Below, piece by piece: positions 37,142 through 48,188 of a stretch of 64,000 bases of DNA. Both the position numbers and the translations under genes were made by a program. The DNA is taken from NCBI GenBank assembly GCA_001179505.1, contig CDMY01000179.1, positions 62,001 to 126,000 on the forward strand, in the 5' to 3' direction. Position 1 is the stretch's first letter, and each line of letters opens with the position of its first letter. The DNA comes from Vitrella brassicaformis CCMP3155. Taxonomy: Eukaryota > Protista > Chromerida. A model generated the notes under the pieces. It searched no databases and was not told the DNA's origin. It saw only the letters and a list, made by a program, of their open reading frames with translations.

Positions 37142-39027
37142 ATGTCTCTGCAGTGTGGTTATTGCCCATCTTCCGCAGACTCGCTGATGGATGAAATCAG
37201 TTGCTCGGCTGTCACAGGGAGGGGCAGCCTCACAAGGTCTTGTCCTCTTCCTCTGGCAGATCGCTCTTGTCATTTGAGCTCGCCAAGGTTTCGAGGCGGT
37301 GGAGTGATGGGGAATGATGTGACGGTGCCCAGCAGCCGGCAGCCCATCCCGCCGGCAAGAGGCGACGAGTCGATAGATTTCATCCATCGCGAGGACCGAG
37401 ATGCCATTCACGAACACAGGGATGTCGGCATCCTCAGATGCACAGCAACATTCCTCAGGCAGATAGACTTCTCGGTCGCCGTCCTCCGCACTCGGCTGGG
37501 GCGCTCACTCGTGGCCAAACAGCTCGGCGGCATTATCGCATTCGACGCTCAGCTGGAGAGCCCTCTGCTGCTGAAGGCCATCTGGCTGGTGGATACGCAG
37601 CAGTGGACCGAGGTGGTCAACGCGCTGAAGTTAGCGGAGCAGCGCGGCTTCTGCACACTGCCCATCACAATGAGTTTGCAGGACCTGCAGAGACACACCA
37701 CCAAACAGGTGGGCGGGACGAAGGGGAGAGTCGAGGAGGGATGGCTCGATAGCTGTGTTGTGTGTCTGTTGTTGCAGGCGTATTTGGCTGAGCCGCGTGT
37801 TGTGGCGCTGTGGAAGATGATCGGTCGGCACGTCAACTTCGGCGGCAACTACGGCCGTTTTGAGCTGTTCGACCAGCAGGGCGGCGGTGTGCGTGCTATC
37901 AAGGACGAGCCGGGCTTCGAGCTGGACATCAACCCCCCCCACCCACCCATACCACCCACACACTATCAACGACAACCCGCCCGTCAGGTCCCCAATCGAC
38001 CTGCAGGGGGACAGCTGGACAGCGGCTGGTGAGGTGGTCACTTATGCATCAGCGTCGGCGTTCATCATGAACATCATCCTGTGGGGCCCTCTAATGGTGA
38101 ATCGGGGCGCACCTCCTGTAGTTGAGGTTGACCGGTACATGACACACCGACAGACACACACGTCCATCCATCCGAATGGGTATCCGCTCTCTGTGTGTTT
38201 CTTTACGTATGCTCACGGAGGTGTGCTGGACGGCCTCCTGAACCACTCGCCCCACCAGCCGCCCGACGGATGCACAGCCGTCATGGCGGGCAGCTGGGAC
38301 GATGACAATCCCCCTTCAGAGTTTCGGCTTTTGCTGCTGACGTCGTTCGACAGCCCATTCGTCGCACGGGTCGCTCTCGGCAGCCGTGTCGACACCAACA
38401 CAGGCAACAAAGGGATAGCAGGTCCTCTGTGCTGATTGAGCCATTCTTTCGACGTATGCTTTTTCGCTGCCTGCAGCGGATGTGAATGTCGTCACCACCG
38501 AGCCGCCAGTGGGTGGTGCATCTGATGCCTTCAAGGACCGCCGGCCCACTACCGCCCCTCTGGTGCGCGGCCTGCTGAGCAACACCATCGCAGAGATGGC
38601 GCTCACCCAACAGGAAGAAGACGATGGGGGTGAGTGCGCAGCCGGCCATCCCGTCTCTGTGTGTCGGATAAATCGGTGTGTGTGTGTGTGCCTTTGTGCA
38701 GAGGACGATGCGGCCGGTGATGGTGACGACGACAGCGATAGCGATGAGGGTGAGAGGTGGGGATGTGTGTGGCTGGATGGGTTCACCTGTATGTCTGCGG
38801 TCTGTGTGTGATATCTACGCAGATATGGATAGCAATGGCAATGGCGAGGACGATGGCCAGCAAGAGCAGCAGCAGGAGCAGGAGGAAGACGGTGAGATGG
38901 GCGAAGGGAAAGAGCCAGATCAGCATGACACTCGCATTTTGGTGTGCCTTATGGATGGATGGACATGAATGTGTCAGATGAGGGTGTGGAGGAGAGGGAG
39001 GCCAAGAGAAGGAGGACCGCAGAGTGA
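37142..39027 (+). CDS. Lineage-specific hypothetical protein, paralog of the C-terminal part of the 4206-7225 gene; frameshift at C8 tract 37933-37940
   Basis: Shared motifs HREDRDAI...LRTRLGRSL, GRHVNF, EPGFELDINPP, NDNPPVRS, GVLDGLLNHSPHQPPDGCT and VTTEPPVGGASDAFKDRRPTT, followed by an acidic tail. The start codon is uncertain (37142 or 37307). Confidence 0.65.
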
Positions 39028-40248
39028 TCGAGGGCGACACACCTGCGGCCGGTGTGCGGTGTAGATGGTGCACTGATTGAGGATGGCCAGGAGGACAAGA
39101 GCAGTCGTATGCACAGACAGCTAGCGGCCTTCTCTGACGCATCCATGCAGTTTTGACACACGTCGTACGTTGGCATTGATGTGTCCATGTGTGTGTGACG
39201 AACCCTTTTTGTGTGCGCATACGAACGGTTGGATTGGTGCATGGTGGAACGGCTTTCCGTTTTGGTTTTCACGTCCACATTTGATCGGTGTGAATGACTG
39301 GACGGGATGAGACAGCCATTGACCTGATCCATGGGTGCACAGCATCAATCACGTGTGTGTATTGCCTGTCGACAATCAAGTGTCCGTCTCCCCTGACTAA
39401 ACCACACACACTCACACTCACCCACGTTGACTCACCCACCAGAGGACACCGACATGAACGCATACACAGACCAGCAGTCAATCTCTGCCTTGCTTGGGGC
39501 ACACCGACCGACCGACCGACCGACCGATGGACACAAAACCACACCAGCGCAACGATGACCTGTCTGACCATGGCCATGGCTCGCACCCAGTCAAGCCACC
39601 AAAACACTCTTACATGCAGTCGTGTCTGTCTTGCCTGAGCATGTGCCTCCGTCGTGAGACGCACGTCAATGCTCATCGTGCTGGGCGGCTGTTCGTGTGT
39701 CTGTCGCAGAGGCGTGACCTCACCCATGGCCTGGTGTCTCGAGCTAAGACGCCATGGATCAGGTGGCGATCGGCTCGTTGACACACGAAGAATGAACGAC
39801 ACGCGCAGACAGACAGACAGACAGACAGACAGAATGGATGGATGGATGGATTGAATGGAATGAGTGAGTGCCAGGAAGTTTCTGATTGTCGAAGTGACGA
39901 GGCCTCAGTCGATAAAGGTTGACACGCACACACATGATCGTGTCTGCACATGGGAGTCATCCATCCGTCATGCTGTCGGGTCTGAGTCAGTCGCTAGGAA
40001 GCTAGCTACACACTGCGGCCATCAATCAAGCTGCAGCAATGCTCCTCCGCCCTCCGTATACACATACTACCTGCAACACACACACACAAACACACACAAC
40101 ACAGAGAGAGAGAGAGAAGCGTCGGCTTGCCTCCTGTCTGTGATGATGTGTGCTGCAGTGTTGTGTCACCGGCCTCTGCCGCTGTCTATGTGTGCTGTCA
40201 GATCGTATCAGCCGCTCCCCACCTGCACACAGAACACATACAGCAGTG

Positions 40249-42241
40249 CTATCCACAGCCAGCCAACCGTATGTGCCCTCCGTTCCCCTCACCCGCCTGC
40301 CACACTTCCATCTCGCTCGCTGTGAAGTTGTTCGACTGCGCCAAAGTGCCGTTGCCCTTGCGATTGATCGTCCCCGAGTATCCCTCCGACAGCTCATCCC
40401 TGTTGATCCACAGCTGGCAGCTGCTGAGGTCGGCCGCCGGACCAGCCTCGGCCCACCCGAGCCACATACGGCCGCAGGCGATGCACACATTTGCACTCCA
40501 GTCCATATTGTTGGCCTTCGCCGCCCCCTGTGTGCCGGCCACCTCCACCGTCTGCCTCTCCTCAGGTATCTCGATCATGGTTGGCGCGTCATACGCGCCG
40601 GACAGCGAAAAGAAGAAGACGGGCACCTTGTATTGGTTGGCCTTTGTGGGGTCGTCTGGGGGGATGATCTCGCCGTCGATGAAGCACCCGAATCGGTGTG
40701 TGTCGCCATCTCGGAGGGCGAAGAGGAGGCCACTCTTGCCCTCGACGCACTCGAGCATCTTGGGAAACGCATACGTGTCGCGACTGCCCCTAAAAGGATG
40801 ACACACCACAGACGACAGATGCATGCCTTTTGTGGTCTGCCCTGCCTGTCTTGTGTCAGCATTTGGTCTCACTTGTACAGCAGAGATGGCGCCGTTGCGA
40901 TCTTCTTGTCCGTCATCTTCATCACCGCCAGCCACTCGTCGGCCGTCTTGATCACAGCGGATGCCCCCGCCGCCCCACCGACAGGCGGCACTGTGTTGAG
41001 GCCATACATGCCCAACTCGACGCTAAAGATGGCCCTCTCGTTGACCGCCACGACCGGCGGATGCACGAATCGCACAGCCGGCATGACCATGAGGGTCAGG
41101 CGGCGGGCAAAGTCGACGATGAGTTGCAGAAACTTGGGAGACTGACGCACCTCCTGGTCGGGCCCAACTATCTGTGTCCTGCAGGACAGACACAGACACA
41201 TGCAGGCAGATAGGACGCCATGCATAGACGGTCAGTGCAGTGCATGCTTCCATACCGATCGAAACGCTTGACGAGGGCATGGCTTGGACCAAGGGGCGCC
41301 ACAGTGCGGCGGAGGACCGACACGTCCTCTTCCTCGACTGTGAGTGTCATCACCTCGATGTCCTCACTGCTGCTCTCCCCCTTGACGAATGGCCGTGTGG
41401 CCGCCAGGAAGGCCTCCATGGCCTTCTTCTGCTCCCGCAGCTCCTGCCGCACGCGACGATAATTGTTTATGTACTGTTCGATCTTCTCCAACGCCTCGTC
41501 TATGCCCTTCCCCCCCTCCCTCTCCCCCTCTCGACCGCTCCCGTCGGCCATCTCCACATCTCGCTGCTCGCCTCCCCCTCCAACCGCCGTTGCTGCAGCT
41601 GCCCGCGGCGGCTCCTCGAAGGCGATGCCACCGCCCAGCTTCTGCATGAACAGCGAATGATACTCAGCGTATGAGGGATTGTCGGCCTTGAGTGGGGGAA
41701 GGGCGATCTCATCTGCTGGAGGGCTCTCAGGCAGCCTCAACTGGTCGCGGATCTCGAGCTGCGCCAGCTCGTCGCGCAGCCAGCGGAAGTAGGGCGGATG
41801 CGCCTCGAGGAAGGGCAGCTGATTGGCGTCCTTGGGCAGCTGGTCGGCGAAGTGCAGCAGCAGGGTGGAGAGGTAGGTCTGCTTCATCTTGGGCTGGAGC
41901 AGCCGATGAACTGAGATGGAGAAGACCGTGCCGCCCACATTGAGCTTGAGCTTGCCGCTCGTCTGCTGCGGTTGCATTGTGCCGCCATTCGCTGTGATCA
42001 TCTGCTTGATCTCCGCCGCCAGCTGCTCGATTTCGCCCTCGGCCGTAGCTGCTGCCGTCTTCAACACGCCTCGAAGGCCATCCATGCATCCTGCCGCCTG
42101 CACAACCACCGCATCGACCTCCTCACGACTGCTCGTCACGCCATGCAGCCGGGATGGGACAACTGACTCATCATCGGCCGCTTCGCCGACGTTGTTTTTT
42201 CGCTTCTTCGAACCAGCTGGCGCTGCTGCTGCGGCCGACAT
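40249..42241 (-). CDS. BTB/POZ (KCTD-type) plus TLDc domain protein (3 exons)
   Basis: KLKLNVGGTVFSIS...YLSTLL...PFLEAHPPYFRWLRDEL is a KCTD-type BTB. LLYK|GSRDTYAFPKMLECVEGKSGLLFAL...HRFGCFI...FFFSL...NFTASEMEVWQ is a TLDc domain. Confidence 0.85.
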
Positions 42242-42461
42242 CGTCAATGGCTAAGGAAATACGCTATGCTCCAATGATGACTGCGATGCAGCTTCTGCCC
42301 TTCCACCGGCGCTGTGTGAGGGGGGTGTGCAGGGTTTGAAGCCTTGTGCTCAGTAGGGTCAAATGTCCAGGGTTTAAACCCGCCAATGTGCCTCTCTCGA
42401 GTTGATCCTTCCGTCTGCAGCATGAGTCTGCAGCATGAGTATTTCTCCTGAATGACTCGTC

Positions 42462-45400
42462 ATGCTGCATCCTCTCCTCTCACGAGCAAGACGACTGACG
42501 GCAGCGATGACTGACGCTGGAGTTATCTGCAGCCATTCCAGGCTGTCCCGCATCGCATGTGCCCGCCTGATACTCTTCGCTGTGTTACTGCTGCTGGCTG
42601 TCACTCGTTCATTGGCTTCCACAGCGTTCGGCAACTTCTACGACTTGGTACTTACTGAGGCAGTATGACCACTCAACACTCAACACTGCTTGCACATCTG
42701 CTGTGATTGATGTGTATGCTGTTGTTTGTTCAGCTCGGTGTGAAGCATGATGCCACAGAGGCCGAGATCAAGAAGGCGTACAAGGTGCTCGCCAAGAAAT
42801 GGCACCCAGACAAGAACGCGGGAGACGAAGATGCCCACGACAGATTCATCGAGCTGCAGAAAGGTACTCCCTCAACACAATACGCAACGAAGCCAGAGCA
42901 CTGACGCCATTGCCACGTTCTGCTGCTGCCGATTGTATTGATGCAGCATACGAGACGTTATCTGATCCGGCTGAGCGAAAGGCGTACGACGACAAGTTAT
43001 CGTTCGCTGCGGAGGGCATAGAGGGTCTCAGCGAGCGGGAGATGGAGATGCTGCAGCAAGTGGGCGGCAAGCTGGTCACGCACCACGTGCTGGACGAGAT
43101 CGTGGCGTCGAGTAGTGATGAGCTTTGGCTGATCCACGTCTACTCGGACAACACGCACCTGTTCGCCTCATGGATGACGCAGCTCGAGGGCATTGCTCGG
43201 CTGGCGCATCTCAATGTGGATCTGGATTATGTCGATCAGCACCTACTCAGGAGGCTATACATATACAGGTAGGTAGCTCAGACGGAAAGAGAGGACACAA
43301 ATCGGCACATGAATTCACCTACTTGCATCTCCCTCCCTCTCTGTGTGTGTGCTTCAGTGTGCCGATGATCATCCTGATCCACCAGGGGCAGTTGTCGCGG
43401 TATCAGCCGCAGGGATTTGACTACTTTGACATCCGAAGCAACGTCATGAGCCACATCACCAGACACATCCCTTACAAGTACACACGACACACAACACACA
43501 CCGCCGGTGACTGACACACATGCATAGCTCCTGCCTCCTTTACCTTTTCCTCTCTCTCTTTCAGCTCGTTTGTGTCGTCGCTTTACCATTTCGACAAGCT
43601 GAGCGAGTTCATGGCTTTCCATCCCGATGGCAGTGCGCACATCCGCATGCTGCTCGTGGTGCCTGAGCCGCAACGGTCCCTTGGCACCTACCTAGCGGGA
43701 CTTCAGTACCAGGGTTCTCTCCACGTGGCTCAGACGTCACCGTGGGTCGTTCAAAGGTGAGAGGGATGGATGGATGGATCACTCAGTCAGGCACGGACCG
43801 ACGCGTCATTGTGTTGCCATTCGTTGCACTGTCAGGCTGGTGCCAGTTCGGGGATATCCTTGCCTCATCTTCTGGGACCCAATCACGCGTGAGAGACGAG
43901 TCGTCTACAGCTACCCCAGGGCCCCCCAGCAGCTGCTCTCACAGATCCAGGACAACATCTACCCGGGATACCACCTGCCTGAGTACGACCAGCTGTCCTT
44001 CAACTCCCTCTGCACGGGCGAGCATAAGTGCGACACACTCGTGCTGCTGGTGCTGCCCCCACAATCGGCCCACGCGATGCAGCGGGAGGGCGTCTCCATC
44101 CTGGCTCGCGTCTTATCCTCCCTATCGCGTGTCTGCAACACGCTGAGGGAGTCCGATGAGGCGTTTGCCAGCATGAGGTGCTTCTGGATCAGGCTGCCCA
44201 CTGCTCGCCATGCGACCGCTGCAGCACGGAGGGGAGACCACGGACCAGAGCAGCTCCGGCACTACTTTTCTGCTGCCAACATGCAACAGACTGACGGCAA
44301 GGGCGGTCCATTGGAGAAGGGCTCGCCGTCGATTGTGGTGGTTGACGAGCACGGCGTGGATGGGATGGTGATGCGGGAGTATCAATGGGAGCTTCAATGG
44401 CACCCTGACAAGACGCCCCCCAAGAAGCTGGAGACGGTCAGCCTGCCTGAGTACCGATTCTCTACTTGGTTGCGGAAGCTCGTGAGGGAGAGGGATGGGC
44501 CCGACACAGCGGAGGGTGTGCTACTCAAGTCGACTTCATGGCCGCCGGCACTCGCGGCACACTTCTCTATCACAGGGGCACCTGATGCAGGCGAATCCTG
44601 GTACAAAGGAAGGAGAGAGAAAAAGAGAGCGGACGTGCCTCTCTCGTCTTTCTTTGTCAGGTGTTGTCTTGCTGTTGTGTAGGTTTGGCGACATGACCAT
44701 CTTGTCGTCACTTCGTTGGCTGTTGAGTTGGTTCGACCTCACCCAGTTCCCTTTTGGCGGGGCGCTTGTCCTGATGCTGCTAATGTGGTTCATGTCGACA
44801 GTTACAACTGCCGACGACCGCACGGCCAACCAACCACAGAGCAACACCGCTGCCACCACCCAGGGCAGCCAACAGCACCAGCCGCCCACCACTGACATGA
44901 AGCGGGAGTCGTCTTCCAGAGTGAGCCCCATCACTCGCGAGAGGCGGCCAGGGGACTCGCCCACCACTCGGTGCACCCCGCCGTCATCCGAGGCGCACGC
45001 GACGGACGCCAGCAGCAGCCCGAAAGAGGTGGGCGGGAGGACCGATGAGGCATATCCTCATCCAGGGAGTGGGGAGGGCCAGAATGGCGGCAGGAGTGGA
45101 GGCAGTCGATTCGATCGACTGATGCAGTTCCAGCAATTAGTGACGCCCTTGACGTACCACAAGCGACACGATGTCCTGCAGGTGGGCCACGAGCTGGCCA
45201 GCCAGCCAGCCAGCCAGCCAGCCAGAGGAGCAGAGAGGATGCGTCACCCCACCCCACTGCACGTGTAACGCGTATGTGCAGGGGAGGAGGTTTCATATCT
45301 TGTTAGTTGACCGTCACCCGCGTGGCAACCCACGTGCCGACATGTTCTTCTTGGAAGTGCAGCAAACACTGCTTGCGAGATTCAGGTGACCTCAAGGCCC

Positions 45401-45896
45401 ACACACCACACAGGGCCCATCCCATCCACACGCGATATGCCTCCTGTGGGGCCTGGCCTCTTGCACCAGGTCTGATTCGCAGTTCGAGTGGTGGTTCTGC
45501 GGGTCAGCTCGCGGCGACCCGGACGTCAACCGCCTCCTGCCCGACTCGTTCCCCCTTGAGGCCGTCTGCCTCACCATCCCATCACGAAGGCGACTCTTTT
45601 TTGTCGCCAGACAACAAGACACGCCATCGGACCATGGCGACGCCACACACCCTTTTATCAACTCGGCTGGCGTGGCCGTCGGCGAGTGGATCAGCGGCTC
45701 TGTCAGCCACTTCTGCGACCGCATTGGGATGAAGTTGGAGAGGATTCTCGGTGGAGGGTTTGGTGGATTGCCGTCGATCGACCGGCTGCTGGATGAGACC
45801 AAGGGAGGGTCTCGGGAGGGGGGAGGTGGCGAGAGCGAGAGTCCGCGGCGGCCGAGGCCGCTCGCCTTTGAGGATCTGATGACGGTTCTCGCGTGA
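42462..45896 (+). CDS. DnaJ-domain membrane protein with signal peptide and degenerate thioredoxin-like folds (DNAJC16/ERdj-like)
   Basis: Hydrophobic leader, then NFYDL|[43 protein letters not shown]|[15 protein letters not shown] (J domain with HPD). A Trx-like segment [10 protein letters not shown]...SVPMIILI and a [21 protein letters not shown] follow. Confidence 0.85.
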
Positions 45897-46554
45897 CGAT
45901 GATGAGATTTTGGCGATCCCCCTCTCTATGTATGTTGTGTGTGGACGAGAGGCGTGTGGCGAGGTTTGTGTGTCAGTGACGGTCAGGAAGGATAGCCCAC
46001 ACACAGTCAGTGTATGTATTTGTTTGTTTTGACGGTTTTGGTTGAGACTGACGAAACAGACAGACTGTTTTTGACCGTAAGGGTGTCCGTTCCGGTGGCG
46101 ACCGTGTTGACAGCATGGATACATCCGTCAGCCTCTGTGGTCCCAATTCACAGGAATGGGCGGGGCGGCAGCCAGCCAGCAAAAAAAAGCCCGTTCATTA
46201 CCATGCACTCAGCAAGCATGTCTATATCCATGGCCCCCAAAGAGACATTACACATCACACGCACCATGGCATGGCAGCCAATCGTAGACAACAGAGACAG
46301 TCTCTCAAGTCGGTCAGAGACGAGTCAATGTGAGCTGTTCAGCAACCATTCTTGGGAGCCCAGAGTGGCAGCGGGAATGGCACGAAAGCAAGACGACCAG
46401 CAGCAATAACACTGTTCTTCAACCAACCCTGCCCACCTCCCCAATGCAGCAATCCCTACTGCGTTTTCAGCAAGCCTATCCCTCGTCGCTCCTTCACCCC
46501 TCTCTCCTTATGCACACCATCCCCTGACCGCACACCATCCCCTGACCGCCGTCC

Positions 46555-47304
46555 TCATTGGTGACGCGGAAGCCGACACGTCAACCGCAGCGGCCCCGCG
46601 GCCTTGTCGGTTCCCTCACCATCGCCCTCGCCACACTGATTGGCGATCTGCTGGTTGAGCACATCAATGGTGCGGGGGCCGAGCGTGCGGTGCTTGCTCT
46701 CCAGCTCGTCGACCAGGGCCTTGATGAGCCAGTCGATATCAAATCGCCGCGAGAAGTGCAGAAGGTTAAGGCACTGGAACGTCGAGCGACGCCGCAGGAG
46801 GGCACGGGGGTGGCTCATGAACAGCTGCTTGTCAGAAAGAATCTGGGCAAGGACGCAACACAGACAGACAACGCAGACAGACAGACAATGCTGTGTGGTG
46901 CGATTGCTGGCCATGCATGCACACCCACCCACCCCACCTCTACGAGTGTGTTGAGAGTAGCGTTGTCGAAATCGTTTATGTTGACCTCCTGCCACACCAC
47001 ACGCACGAGCACTGCATCTATCCGTCCATCACATCATATCGGCTCTCCTTCCTTTCTGCAGAAAACTCACCTGGCTGTCGCTGAACTGGTCGGCATAGTC
47101 CTTCATCTTTGAACTAGCCTCCTGGAGCATGCGCCTGTCCACAGCGAAGCGATAGTATTTTGTGTCGCCAGGGCTCTCCTGCCGTTCGTCGAACAGGTGC
47201 TCCATCGGCGCATTAACGGCCGAAGGCGGGTCGGCCTCTTTGATTGTCACCAGCAGCACGTCAACGCCCTCTCGTACCACTTCACCGCGCCCTCGAGCAG
47301 CCAT
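46555..47304 (-). CDS. Small divergent BTB/POZ-like protein (3 exons)
   Basis: YRFAVDRRMLQEASSKMKDY...|EININDFDNATLNTLVE|IL...CLNLLHFSRRFDIDWLIKAL follows the BTB pattern (AHR..L...S..F; I.I.D.....F..LL; LL..A..Y.I..L). Confidence 0.55.
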
Positions 47305-48188
47305 GGTCGGGTGTTCACATCATCAGCATAAGGTTTCTGGTTCTTTCGGTACCCAGGCCGCCGCCCCACTGTTGCTGTGAATGGCGTCCTCTGCCTCTCT
47401 AGCCTTCCCCGCCTCCCCCTTCTTCCTTGAGCTCGGCTGCGAGCTTAGCTCGCATCCTCGTTGAGAAAAGCAAAAGAGGGAAAGAGGCAAGGAAGGAGGG
47501 AGTGTCGGCCGCCCGGCCCTTCTCAAAGGCGGCCAGACCAAGATCTGCTGCTAAAGTGGAGGCGTTAGGTCCCGATTGTGTCCGCTGAGTGAGGGCATCT
47601 CGGCGGCACAGCCCCACCAGTGAGCACCGACCTCACCTCTGTCAGCTGAGGAGACAGTCAGCTCCAGAAGCGAAGCACCGCGAGTCGGCGACTGATCGCA
47701 GACCTGAGTGGCGGCGAGGCTAGAGGGAGTTTGGTGGTCGTATCGCAGCCTCGAGGGGGGCGGGGTGGTGTGTTTGATTAAAAATAGGCGGGGAGGGCAG
47801 TGGGGTAGCGTCAGTTTGAGCAGGGAAAAGGGGCGGTCAGGGGTAGCCAGCAGGCGCTCGTTATCGTCTGTTGCTTGTCTGTCTGTCTGTCTGTGTGGGT
47901 GCCTGTCGCCCCGTCTGGTGTGCTGCCTCTCCCTGCTCGCACACGTGTCACGAGAAAGTTTTTGTGCCTTTCTCATACCTTCCTGTCCGGCCGTGTGCCT
48001 GTGAGCGTGTCTGCTGGGGTTTTTCTGACTAGCCAGCTCTTGTGACTACATCTCTCTCTCTCTCTGTGTCTGTCTGTCTGTCTGTGTGACTGTCTGCGTG
48101 ACTGTCTGTCTGTCTGTCTGTCTGCATCTTTTGCTTGCTTCGTGCCGTGTTCTGTGGTGTTGGTGGTGCTGTTGTTTGGAGCGTCTTG

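Noticed and set aside
42413-42440. 13-bp tandem duplication (gtctgcagcatga x2) in the TLDc/DnaJ spacer
   Set aside because: Short local duplication with no other copies noticed and no evidence of function.
46512-46547. 18-bp tandem duplication (gcacaccatcccctgacc x2) downstream of the BTB-like gene
   Set aside because: Only two adjacent copies with no spacers, so it is ordinary slippage and not a CRISPR array or a target-site duplication.
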